Assembly (NCBI GenBank): GCA_038320275.1 | Contig: JBBQEB010000040.1 | Location: 1 to 25,940, forward strand | Direction of reading: 5' to 3' | Source: Myxococcales bacterium | GTDB lineage: Bacteria > Myxococcota > Myxococcia > Myxococcales > Anaeromyxobacteraceae | Length of the DNA: 25,940 nt | Shown: positions 7,970-15,471 of the stretch, in pieces | How the letters are laid out: every line of letters begins with the position of its first letter | Numbering within the stretch: the first letter of the stretch is position 1 | Notes under the pieces: model-generated | Told to the model about the DNA's origin: nothing | The model's database searches: none | What the model saw: only the letters and a program-made list of their open reading frames with translations | Program-made: the position numbers and the translations under genes

Positions 7970-8767
7970 TCATCCCTCCGGCATCCGCTCCTGGACGCGC
8001 GTGATGGAGCGCGCCTTGCCCGTCCCCTCGTCGATGTCCACCAGCGCGCCCTGCAGGTGCGTGTCGTGCTTTCCCGGCTCGAAGCCCACCGGACGCTGGG
8101 TGAGGAAGCGCTGGAGCACCAGATCCTTCTTCACCCCGATGATGGAGTCCCAGGGCCCGCACATGCCGACGTCGGTCATGAAGGCCGTACCGCCCGGCAG
8201 CACGCGCGCGTCGGCAGTCTGCACATGGGTGTGCGTTCCCAGTACCGCCGAGACGCGACCGTCGAGGAAGTGGCCCATGGCGTTCTTCTCGCTGGTCGCC
8301 TCGCAGTGCATGTCGACGAGGATGCAGCGCACGCCCTCGGCCCGCAGCGCCTCCACCTGCTCCTCGGCCACGCGGAAGGGATCGTCGAGGGTGCGCCCCA
8401 TGAACACGCGCCCCTCCACGTTCACCACGCCGAGCCGCAGCCCGCCCGGCGTCTCCACCACGCCACGGCCCCTGCCCGGTGCGCCGCGCGGGTAGTTGGC
8501 CGGCCGGAGCAGGCGCGAGCTCGGCCGCTCGAGATAGGGGATGATCTCCCGTTTCGACCAGATGTGGTTGCCGCTGGTGAGGAGGTCGACCTCGCAGGCG
8601 AGCAGCTCGTCCGCGTTGTCCGGGGTGACGCCGGCGCCGTTGGCGCTGTTCTCGGCATTCGCGACGACGACGTCGACGCCCTCGCGCGCGATGAGCTTGG
8701 GGACGAAGTGGCGGACGGCCTGGCGGCCGGGCTTCGCGAAGACGTCGCCGAGGAAGAGGAGCTTCAA
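7970..8767 (-). CDS. ymdB: YmdB-like metallophosphoesterase (TIGR00282 family)
   Basis: LFLGDV, ANAENS, TSGNHIW, RPANYP, DMHCEATSEK, GTHTHVQTAD, TDVGMCGP. Start placed at TTG 8767 from domain boundary; the longer ORF extension overlaps ygfA. Confidence 0.9.
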   Translation of the reverse strand: MKLLFLGDVFAKPGRQAVRHFVPKLIAREGVDVVVANAENSANGAGVTPDNADELLACEVDLLTSGNHIWSKREIIPYLERPSSRLLRPANYPRGAPGRGRGVVETPGGLRLGVVNVEGRVFMGRTLDDPFRVAEEQVEALRAEGVRCILVDMHCEATSEKNAMGHFLDGRVSAVLGTHTHVQTADARVLPGGTAFMTDVGMCGPWDSIIGVKKDLVLQRFLTQRPVGFEPGKHDTHLQGALVDIDEGTGKARSITRVQERMPEG

Positions 8768-8801
8768 GGTGGCGGAGGGATGGCGGCGAGCATGGGAGGT
8801 G

Positions 8802-9395
8802 TCAACGCGAAGCGTCTGCGCGCCGCACCACCCGTGCCTCGGTGACCACCGCGTCGAGCGGTGCGTCGTGCGCCTCGACCGGGACCTCGTCCACGAGCTG
8901 CGCCTCGAAGGCGAGTCCGACCCTGCGCGCGGCCGGGGAGAGGAGAGCCAGCGTGGCGTCGTAGTGGCCCTTGCCGCGGCCCAGCCTCCGGCAGGCGAGG
9001 TCGAAGGCCACTCCTGGAACGACGACCAGCTCGAGCCGGGAGGGTGAGAGGGCGGTCGCGGTGAGCGGAGGCTGCAGCGCCCCCAGGCTGCCCGGAACGA
9101 GCTCGGCGGGCTGGCAGGCCGCCCACGCCATCGCGCGCTCGCCGGGGACGAGCCGCGGCCAGACCAGCACCTTGCCCGCGCGCGACGCTTCCCGGGCGAG
9201 CTCGGCGGTGCCGACCTCGGCGCCCATGGGCGCGTAGAGGCCCACCACCTGGGCGCGCGCGAAGATGTCGAGCGCGGAGAGGCGCAGCGCGATGTCGCGG
9301 GACAGAAGCTCTCGAAGGTGGACGGGAACGTCGCGGCGGGCGGCGATTGCGGCGCGCCGCCGCTCCGACTTTCGGCTCCCGACCTCTTCAGACAC
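8802..9395 (-). CDS. ygfA: 5-formyltetrahydrofolate cyclo-ligase
   Basis: VVVPGVAFD...RLGRGKGHYD, GLAFEAQLV, HDAPLDAVVTE. Lies directly downstream of 6S RNA, the established ssrS-ygfA order. Confidence 0.92.
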   Translation of the reverse strand: MSEEVGSRKSERRRAAIAARRDVPVHLRELLSRDIALRLSALDIFARAQVVGLYAPMGAEVGTAELAREASRAGKVLVWPRLVPGERAMAWAACQPAELVPGSLGALQPPLTATALSPSRLELVVVPGVAFDLACRRLGRGKGHYDATLALLSPAARRVGLAFEAQLVDEVPVEAHDAPLDAVVTEARVVRRADASR

Positions 9396-9401
9396 AAAAA
9401 A

Positions 9402-9588
9402 GCCCCCCGCGCAGGCCGTGTGGCTCGGTTGCTTGGACCTGTATTTCTACAGGTGGGGCTTCCGAAGCGTACATCCGCAGGCTTCTCCCTCGAAGCGTGG
9501 GAGCTTGCACATGGACGAGGCTGGAGGCTCCTCTTGGACTGAATCGGCCCAAGCGACTCAAAGCCGAAACACGAGCCCAGCAGGGGGC
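9402..9588 (-). ncRNA. ssrS: 6S RNA
   Basis: About 187-nt non-coding segment upstream of ygfA. On the minus strand the 5' GCCCCCTGC can pair with the 3' GCGGGGGGC, and CTTGGGCC with GGTCCAAG, consistent with a long rod. Followed by T6. Ends approximate. Confidence 0.85.
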
Positions 9589-9645
9589 AGATCGAGAGCT
9601 GTGAAAGAGCAGGAAAGGCGCGCGGAATCGCGTGTTTATGCAGGA

Positions 9646-9674
9646 AGGTTAGCCCTGGCCTGCGGGGGTGTCAA
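9646..9674 (-). promoter_or_regulatory. sigma70-type promoter for ssrS-ygfA-ymdB
   Basis: Minus strand TTGACA (9674-9669), 17-nt spacer, TAACCT (9651-9646). Confidence 0.8.
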
Positions 9675-9767
9675 GGCGGCCAGGGCATCGCAATCGCGGC
9701 GAGCCGGCGCGGTCCGGCTAACATCCCGATCCGGCGCGGCTTCTCGCCCGCCCGAGGGGTGCGGAGC

Positions 9768-10661
9768 ATGCGCTGGGCGGGGTACGAGCTGGAAGCCCGG
9801 ATCGGCCGGGGGGGAATGGCCGAGGTGCTGCGCGCGCGCATCGTGGGCGGCCCGCGGGCGGGGCTTCCCGTGGCGCTCAAGCGCCTCCTGCCGGCGATGG
9901 CGAGCGACCCTGCCTGCGTGGCCCGCTTCGCGAGGGAGGTGGCGCTCTCGGCGCGGCTTCGCCATCGAAACATCGTGGAGGTGCTCGCGACGGGGGTGGA
10001 GTCCGGCACGCCGTTCATGGCCATGGAGTACGTGGACGGCGGCGATCTGCGCCGGCTCCTCTCCGCCTGCCGGACCCGCGCGATCGCCTTTCCGGTGGAC
10101 CTCGCCCTCCACGTCGCGCACGCCGTCGCCCTGGCGCTCGAGCACGCGCACGGAGCGCGGGACGAGGCTGGCGCGCCGCTCGGGATCGTCCACTGTGACG
10201 TGTCGCCCGGGAACGTGCTCGTCTCCCGGCTCGGCGAGGTGAGGCTCGGTGACTTCGGCGTGGCCCGCGCGGCGGGGGATGCCCGCGCGAGTGGCGCGTG
10301 GGGCAAGGTGCGCTACCTCGCGCCGGAGGTGCTGCGCGGCGCGCCGCCCGGACCGGCCGCGGACGTCTTCGGCGTGGGCGCGCTGCTCTTCGATCTCCTC
10401 ACCGGGAGCCCCGCCTTTCCCGGAGACGACCCCGCGGTCATCGCGCGGGACATCCTGGGGGGGCGGCTTCCGGTGCCCTCGGCGCTGCGCACCGGTCTTC
10501 CACCCGGCGTGGACAGTCTGGTGGCGCGCGCCCTGGGCGGGCCGGAGCGGCTCACCCGCGCGGCCGCGCTCGCGGACGCGCTCGCCGGGAGCTACGATCC
10601 GGGGGTGGGAACGCCCCTCGCCCTCGCTGGCCTGCTCCGCTGCGCCCTGGACTATCCGTGA
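9768..10661 (+). CDS. Hanks-type Ser/Thr protein kinase (kinase domain only, non-RD)
   Basis: IGRGGMAEV, VALKR, HRNIV, MEYVDG, HCDVSPGNVL, DFG, YLAPE, DVFGVG. Start could be GTG 9759 or ATG 9768. Confidence 0.92.
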   Translation: MRWAGYELEARIGRGGMAEVLRARIVGGPRAGLPVALKRLLPAMASDPACVARFAREVALSARLRHRNIVEVLATGVESGTPFMAMEYVDGGDLRRLLSACRTRAIAFPVDLALHVAHAVALALEHAHGARDEAGAPLGIVHCDVSPGNVLVSRLGEVRLGDFGVARAAGDARASGAWGKVRYLAPEVLRGAPPGPAADVFGVGALLFDLLTGSPAFPGDDPAVIARDILGGRLPVPSALRTGLPPGVDSLVARALGGPERLTRAAALADALAGSYDPGVGTPLALAGLLRCALDYP

Positions 10662-11428
10662 ACGAGACCGCTCCGCTCGCGCCCGCTCCGCCCGGAACGA
10701 CCGTCAACGGATTCCGGCTTCGCGGAAGCCAGGTGTCGCGGCTGGAGGGCTTCAGCGACGCGGTGTTCGGCTTCGCCGTCACCCTGCTCGTCGTCTCCCT
10801 GGAGGTGCCGAGGACCTTCGATGAGCTCTCGCGCGCGCTGCGCGGCCTACCCGCCTTCGCGGTCTGCTTCGCGCTCTTCCTTCAGATCTGGCGCCGTCAC
10901 CACCTGTTCTTCCGCCGCTACGCGCTGGAGGATACGACGACGGTGTGGCTCAACGGGCTCCTCCTCCTGCTCGTCCTCGCCTTCGTCTACCCGCTCAAGT
11001 TCCTCTTCGGGCTCCTGGGCGCGCAGCTGACCTCGCAGCCGCTCGACGTACCCGGACCCGGCGGTGCGCTCGTCCCGCCCATCCGCCCGGAACAGGTTCC
11101 CGCACTCTTCTACGTGTACGGGGTGGGGTTCACGCTCGTCTCGGGGGTGCTCGCCCTGATGCACCTCCACGCCTGGCGCATGCGGGAGCGCCTCGACCTC
11201 GACCGCCTGGAGCGCTTCGACGCGCTGAACGCCGCGCTCGAGGACGGGCTGGTGGCCTCGGTGGGGCTCGTCTCCGTCGCGGTCATGCGTGGCACCTCGA
11301 GCGCGCTCCTGAGTGGGAGCGCGTACTGGCTCATCGGGCCCGTCATGACGGTGCACGGGATGGTGAGCGGACGGCGGCGCCGCGCGCTGCGCGCCCGGCT
11401 CGCCGCCGAAGGGGCTGCTCGCGCGTGA
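10658..11428 (+). CDS. TMEM175-family (DUF1211) potassium channel
   Basis: RLEGFSDAVFGFAVTLLV (RxxxFSD signature plus helix-1 Thr), W..HH..F motif, about 6 hydrophobic helices. GTG start overlaps the kinase TGA (GTGA 10658-10661). Confidence 0.88.
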   Translation: MNETAPLAPAPPGTTVNGFRLRGSQVSRLEGFSDAVFGFAVTLLVVSLEVPRTFDELSRALRGLPAFAVCFALFLQIWRRHHLFFRRYALEDTTTVWLNGLLLLLVLAFVYPLKFLFGLLGAQLTSQPLDVPGPGGALVPPIRPEQVPALFYVYGVGFTLVSGVLALMHLHAWRMRERLDLDRLERFDALNAALEDGLVASVGLVSVAVMRGTSSALLSGSAYWLIGPVMTVHGMVSGRRRRALRARLAAEGAARA

Positions 11429-11445
11429 GCTCGGGCGGCGGGCGA

Positions 11446-12585
11446 TCAGCCGGCGATGGCGCTGCGCACGCCGCCGGCAAGGCGCGGAATGACCTCCAGC
11501 GCGCGCTCCACATCGGCCTCGGCGCTGGTCCAGCCCAGCGACAGGCGCAGGGTGGAGCGCGCGTCGGCGCCGGAGAGCCCCATCGCCGCGAGCACCGAGG
11601 AGGGCTTCGTCGATCCGGAGTGACACGCGCTGCCCGCGCTGGCGCAGAGGCCCTCCAGGTCGAGCGCCATGAGCAGCGCCTCGCCATCGACGCCCGGCAG
11701 GGTGATGGAGAGCGTCCCGGGAAGCCGCGGTGTCCCGCCGCCGTTCACCCATGCTCCCGGGATGGCTGCGAGGAGCCCCGCCTCCAGGCGGTCGCGCAGC
11801 GCGCCCAGGCGCTCCGCCTCCGGCCCGAGCCCGCCTGCCGCCGCTTGCATCGCGGCCGCCAGCCCCGCGATGCCCGGCAGGTTCTCCGTGCCGGCCCGCC
11901 GGCCCCGCTCCTGCGTGCCTCCGGCGATGGGCGCGAGGGCGACCCCCGGCCTCACCCACAGAGCGCCCGTGCCGCGCGGTCCGCCGAGCTTCTGCCCGGT
12001 GAGGGCGAGCAGGTCGGCGCCGCCCGCGCGCACGTCCACCTCGATCTTGCCGACAGCCTGCACCGCGTCGGTGAAGAAGAGCGCACCGCGCTCGCGGGCC
12101 ACCGCGGCGAGCTCGCGGGTGGGGAGCAGCACGCCCGTCTCGTTGTTGGCCGTCATGGCGCAGACGAGGGCGGTGCGCGAGGTCACCGCGGCGCGCGCTG
12201 CGTCGGGGTCGGGCAGGCCGCGCCGGTCCACCGGCAGCACGGTCACCCTCAGCCCCTCGGCCCGGAGCGCCAAGGCGAGCGCGAGGACGCAGGGGTGCTC
12301 CACCGCCGTGACGACGAGATCTTCCCGGCCGGCGGGGGCGGCCCCGAGCACGCCGCGGATGGCGAGCGCTGCCGACTCGGTGGCGCCGGAGGTGAAGACG
12401 AGCTCGGCGGGGCGAGCGCCCAGCGCGGCGGCCACGGCTTCCCGCGAGAGGTCGAGGAGGTCTCGCGCGGCGCGCCCCGGCGCGTGCACCGAGGAAGGGT
12501 TGCCGAAGACCTCGAGCGCAGCCGCCACCGCGGCCTTGGCCTCCGGCCGCACGGGCGTGATGGCGTTGTGGTCGAGGTAGGTCAC
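11446..12585 (-). CDS. iscS: Cysteine desulfurase, IscS/NifS group I
   Basis: YLDHNA, GNPSSVH, FTSGATES, EHPCV, NNETG, DAVQAVGK, PLP Lys in TGQK, catalytic Cys in SAGSAC, LRLSLG. Confidence 0.9.
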   Translation of the reverse strand: MTYLDHNAITPVRPEAKAAVAAALEVFGNPSSVHAPGRAARDLLDLSREAVAAALGARPAELVFTSGATESAALAIRGVLGAAPAGREDLVVTAVEHPCVLALALALRAEGLRVTVLPVDRRGLPDPDAARAAVTSRTALVCAMTANNETGVLLPTRELAAVARERGALFFTDAVQAVGKIEVDVRAGGADLLALTGQKLGGPRGTGALWVRPGVALAPIAGGTQERGRRAGTENLPGIAGLAAAMQAAAGGLGPEAERLGALRDRLEAGLLAAIPGAWVNGGGTPRLPGTLSITLPGVDGEALLMALDLEGLCASAGSACHSGSTKPSSVLAAMGLSGADARSTLRLSLGWTSAEADVERALEVIPRLAGGVRSAIAG

Positions 12586-13691
12586 ACGATCCGCTTGCCG
12601 CGACCCTTGCCCTTGACGCCGAATGCCTTCAGGAACTCGTGCACCAGCTCGGCCTTCAGCCGGGCCCGGGCGGCGAGCCCCTCGGGCAGGGGAATGCGCG
12701 CGCCAGCCATCGACCCGTGCCCGCCCGCGCTCCCCCCGCGGTCCTCCACGACCTCCCGGATGAGCCGCCCCGCGTTCATGCGCCGGTCGCTCGTGCGCAG
12801 GGAGAAGAAGAGCTGCCCCTCGTACTCACCGTAGGCGAGCGACCACTTGACCTCGTCGAGGAACATGAACCGCTCCGCCACCTCGGCCACCATGTCCGGC
12901 GCATAGATCTCGGCGAGGTCGCACACCACGGCGTGCTCCTCGTACACCAGCGCTCGCTCGATGGCGGTGTGGTAGAGCCGGAAGTACTCCATGGGCAGGC
13001 GAGGGTGCTCGATGTTCGAGAGCGCCTCCTTGTCCACCATGGGGAAGAGCCACAGGTAAGCTTCCACGTCGGCAGGGGCGGTCTGTCGCCCCAGGTCGCG
13101 GGTGTCGGCCTTGATGCCGTAGTACAGCGCGGTGGCGATGGCGGGGGGCATCTCGAGGCCGCTCGCCCGGAAGTACTCGACGACGACCGTGCTGGTCGCG
13201 CCCACGGAGTTCCCGACGTCCGCCACCGGCGCGAGGTGCGTGTCGGGCCGCTCGGGGTGGTGGTCGATGACCACGTCCGGAAAGCGCTGCGCCGGCAGGG
13301 AGTGATTGCCCTGTTCCGGCTGGGTGTCCACCATGCAGATGAGGTCGTGGTCCTCGAAGCGGATGCGGGAGATGGGGACCACCGCGAGGCGCAGCACGCG
13401 CACGAGCGCCCGGTTCTCGGCCCGCCCGACGATGCCGCCGTAGGCCACGGTCGACGGCACGCCGGCCATGCGCTCGAGGATGTACGCCAGCGCCACCGCC
13501 GACGCGATCGAGTCGGGATCCGGATTGTCATGGGTGAGCACGAGGCCGCGATGGTGCCCGCGCGCGTGCTCGACCAGCCGATCCAGCTTGGCGCGCTTCG
13601 CGTCGGAGTCGCCGCCGAGCAGGGACACGCGCGCGCGCCTCCCCTCCGGCTGGAGCGAGCTGCGCGCGTGGGGAGGGGGGGGCAGTGCCAT
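12582..13691 (-). CDS. DHH/DHHA1 family phosphoesterase (NrnA-like)
   Basis: THDNPDPDSIAS, MVDTQ, VIDHH, GIKADT, SAGGHGSMAGA. Start uncertain (ATG 13691 or a GTG about 20 codons later). Stop overlaps the iscS start. Confidence 0.9.
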   Translation of the reverse strand: MALPPPPHARSSLQPEGRRARVSLLGGDSDAKRAKLDRLVEHARGHHRGLVLTHDNPDPDSIASAVALAYILERMAGVPSTVAYGGIVGRAENRALVRVLRLAVVPISRIRFEDHDLICMVDTQPEQGNHSLPAQRFPDVVIDHHPERPDTHLAPVADVGNSVGATSTVVVEYFRASGLEMPPAIATALYYGIKADTRDLGRQTAPADVEAYLWLFPMVDKEALSNIEHPRLPMEYFRLYHTAIERALVYEEHAVVCDLAEIYAPDMVAEVAERFMFLDEVKWSLAYGEYEGQLFFSLRTSDRRMNAGRLIREVVEDRGGSAGGHGSMAGARIPLPEGLAARARLKAELVHEFLKAFGVKGKGRGKRIV

Positions 13692-13699
13692 GGGGGCTC

Positions 13700-14524
13700 T
13701 CAGCGCCGCAAGGATCGCAGCAAGGCCAGGTTCTCCGCGAAGCGGAGCTCCGTCTCGAGGAAGGCGGGGACATCTTCGAAGCGGGGGTCGTTCACCAGCC
13801 GGCGGAACGGCTCCAGTCCCAGCGTGCCCGCGCCGACGTGCTCGTGCCGGTCGACGCGGCTGCCGCGCGGGTTCTTCGAGTCGTTGAGGTGGAACGCCTC
13901 CACGTGGGCGAGGCCGACCGTCCGGTCGAGCTCGGCGAAGGTGCGCGCATAGCCGGCTCGCGTGCCGAGGTCGTAGCCCGCGGCGTGGACGTGGCAGGTG
14001 TCGAAGCAGACTCCCACCCGGCGTCGCAAGGGGGAGGGGACCGCCTGGCGGATGGCGGCGACGTGCTCGAAGCGCCACCCCAGGCAGTTGCCCTGGCCGG
14101 CGGTGGTCTCGATGAGGAGCCGCACCTTGCCGGGCACCGCCGCCAGCGCGTGCGCCATGCCTGCGGCGACCGCCTCGACGCCGTGGGCCTCGTCCGGATG
14201 GCTGCCGGGGTGGAAGACGAGAGAGCGGATTCCGAGTTGCTCGCACCGGGACAGCTCGTCGGCGAGCGCGCCCCAGCTCTTCTCGCGAACCTCCGGCTCC
14301 TCGCCGCAGAGGTTCACGAGGTAGGTCGAGTGGGCGGCCACAGGCATCCGCGTGCGCTGGGCCTCGGCGCGGAAGCGCGCCACCTCGGCCGCGTCGAGCG
14401 GTCGGGCGGCCCACGCGCGCGTGCTGCGCGTGAAGATCTGCAGGCACTCGGCGCCATCCGCCTCTGCCCGGGCGAAGGCCGTCGACACGCCTCCCGCGAC
14501 GCCCTCATGAGCCCCCAGGATCAT
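13700..14524 (-). CDS. nfo: Endonuclease IV (AP endonuclease 2)
   Basis: QIFT, HSTYLVNL, VFHPGS, IETTAGQG, CFDTCH, FHLNDSK, DRHEH, LETE: the metal-ligand motifs are present. Confidence 0.95.
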   Translation of the reverse strand: MILGAHEGVAGGVSTAFARAEADGAECLQIFTRSTRAWAARPLDAAEVARFRAEAQRTRMPVAAHSTYLVNLCGEEPEVREKSWGALADELSRCEQLGIRSLVFHPGSHPDEAHGVEAVAAGMAHALAAVPGKVRLLIETTAGQGNCLGWRFEHVAAIRQAVPSPLRRRVGVCFDTCHVHAAGYDLGTRAGYARTFAELDRTVGLAHVEAFHLNDSKNPRGSRVDRHEHVGAGTLGLEPFRRLVNDPRFEDVPAFLETELRFAENLALLRSLRR

Positions 14525-14538
14525 CCGGGCGCTCTATA

Positions 14539-15309
14539 TCAGCGGACCACCTTGCGCGCGCGAGCCCCCCTGGCCTCCCGGAAGAACTTCTCACCATTGG
14601 CGAGCCCGTTCTGCATGGATTCCAGCATGAGATCGCGGAGATGGCTCTCCGGAAACCTCAGGGCCTCGTAGTACCGCTGGCGGTCGATGGTGTGGATGAT
14701 GCACGGGAAGTAGTCGTGCTGCAGCAGCACGAGATTCGACAGCAACCTCGAGATCTTACCGGGTCCGTCCGTGTACGGGTACACCTGCATGAACCCGTGT
14801 CCCAGCCACGAGGCGGCCTGGATGGGATGCATGTTCTTGAACTCGGGCGCCTCGCAGCCCTCGACGAGCTTTTCGAGGAGCGCCGGAATCTTCACGGGAG
14901 GCGCGATCTCGTGAAAATACGCGCGGTGGAGCGGGATGTCCTTGCGGTACTCCCCCGCCTGCCGACCGGAGTAGCCGGCGTTCAGGGTGTCGTAGAGCTT
15001 CTTCACCAGGGCGAGGGTGATCTTCGGCCTCTTCACCTTGGCCTCTGCGCGGACCACCTCGATGGCTGCTTCGAGGTTCCGCACGTCTCGCAGCGCGGCC
15101 ATGGCCGTGGCCTCCGCGATGCTCGCGAGCGCGAGCCCCTCCTCGAGCTCCCGCCCGCTGTAGACGACGCCCTCCAGCGCGTTCTCGTGGTAGAGCCAGG
15201 AAAGCTCGTACTTGTTGAGGAAATCCTGACGGACCTCGGGCTGTGCCTCCTTGAGCCCCTCCGCCAGATCCTGGGTGCGGTCTTCGATGTCGACGTAACG
15301 GCTCCGCAT
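14539..15309 (-). CDS. Fic-domain protein with a non-canonical active-site motif
   Basis: YHENALEG (inhibitory-helix-like), GEYRK, HPIQAA, and YPYTDGPGKISR aligning with HPFxDGNGRxxR, then R..YYEAL. GGAGG RBS. Confidence 0.85.
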   Translation of the reverse strand: MRSRYVDIEDRTQDLAEGLKEAQPEVRQDFLNKYELSWLYHENALEGVVYSGRELEEGLALASIAEATAMAALRDVRNLEAAIEVVRAEAKVKRPKITLALVKKLYDTLNAGYSGRQAGEYRKDIPLHRAYFHEIAPPVKIPALLEKLVEGCEAPEFKNMHPIQAASWLGHGFMQVYPYTDGPGKISRLLSNLVLLQHDYFPCIIHTIDRQRYYEALRFPESHLRDLMLESMQNGLANGEKFFREARGARARKVVR

Positions 15310-15471
15310 GTGCTCGGGACCTCCTGGAGGCGATGAGCACCGGGACGGAGGCAGACGGACGAGCAGGCGCTCGATCGTTCCTCCGCAAGTACTCGGAAAG
15401 TGGGCGGGTTCTAGCCCATCGCGGCACGAGAGTCCACCGCAGCCCGCTCGCCCGCTCTGCCCTCCGGGCCG

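Noticed and set aside
7970..9397. 475-aa YgfA-YmdB fusion suggested by the ORF track
   Set aside because: The extension is in a different frame from ygfA and has no motifs. YmdB similarity begins at TTG 8767.
12582..14447. Long N-terminal extensions on the DHH (621 aa), regulator (816 aa) and MBL hydrolase (546 aa) ORFs
   Set aside because: The extensions run through neighbouring genes in shifted frames, so starts were reassigned to domain boundaries.
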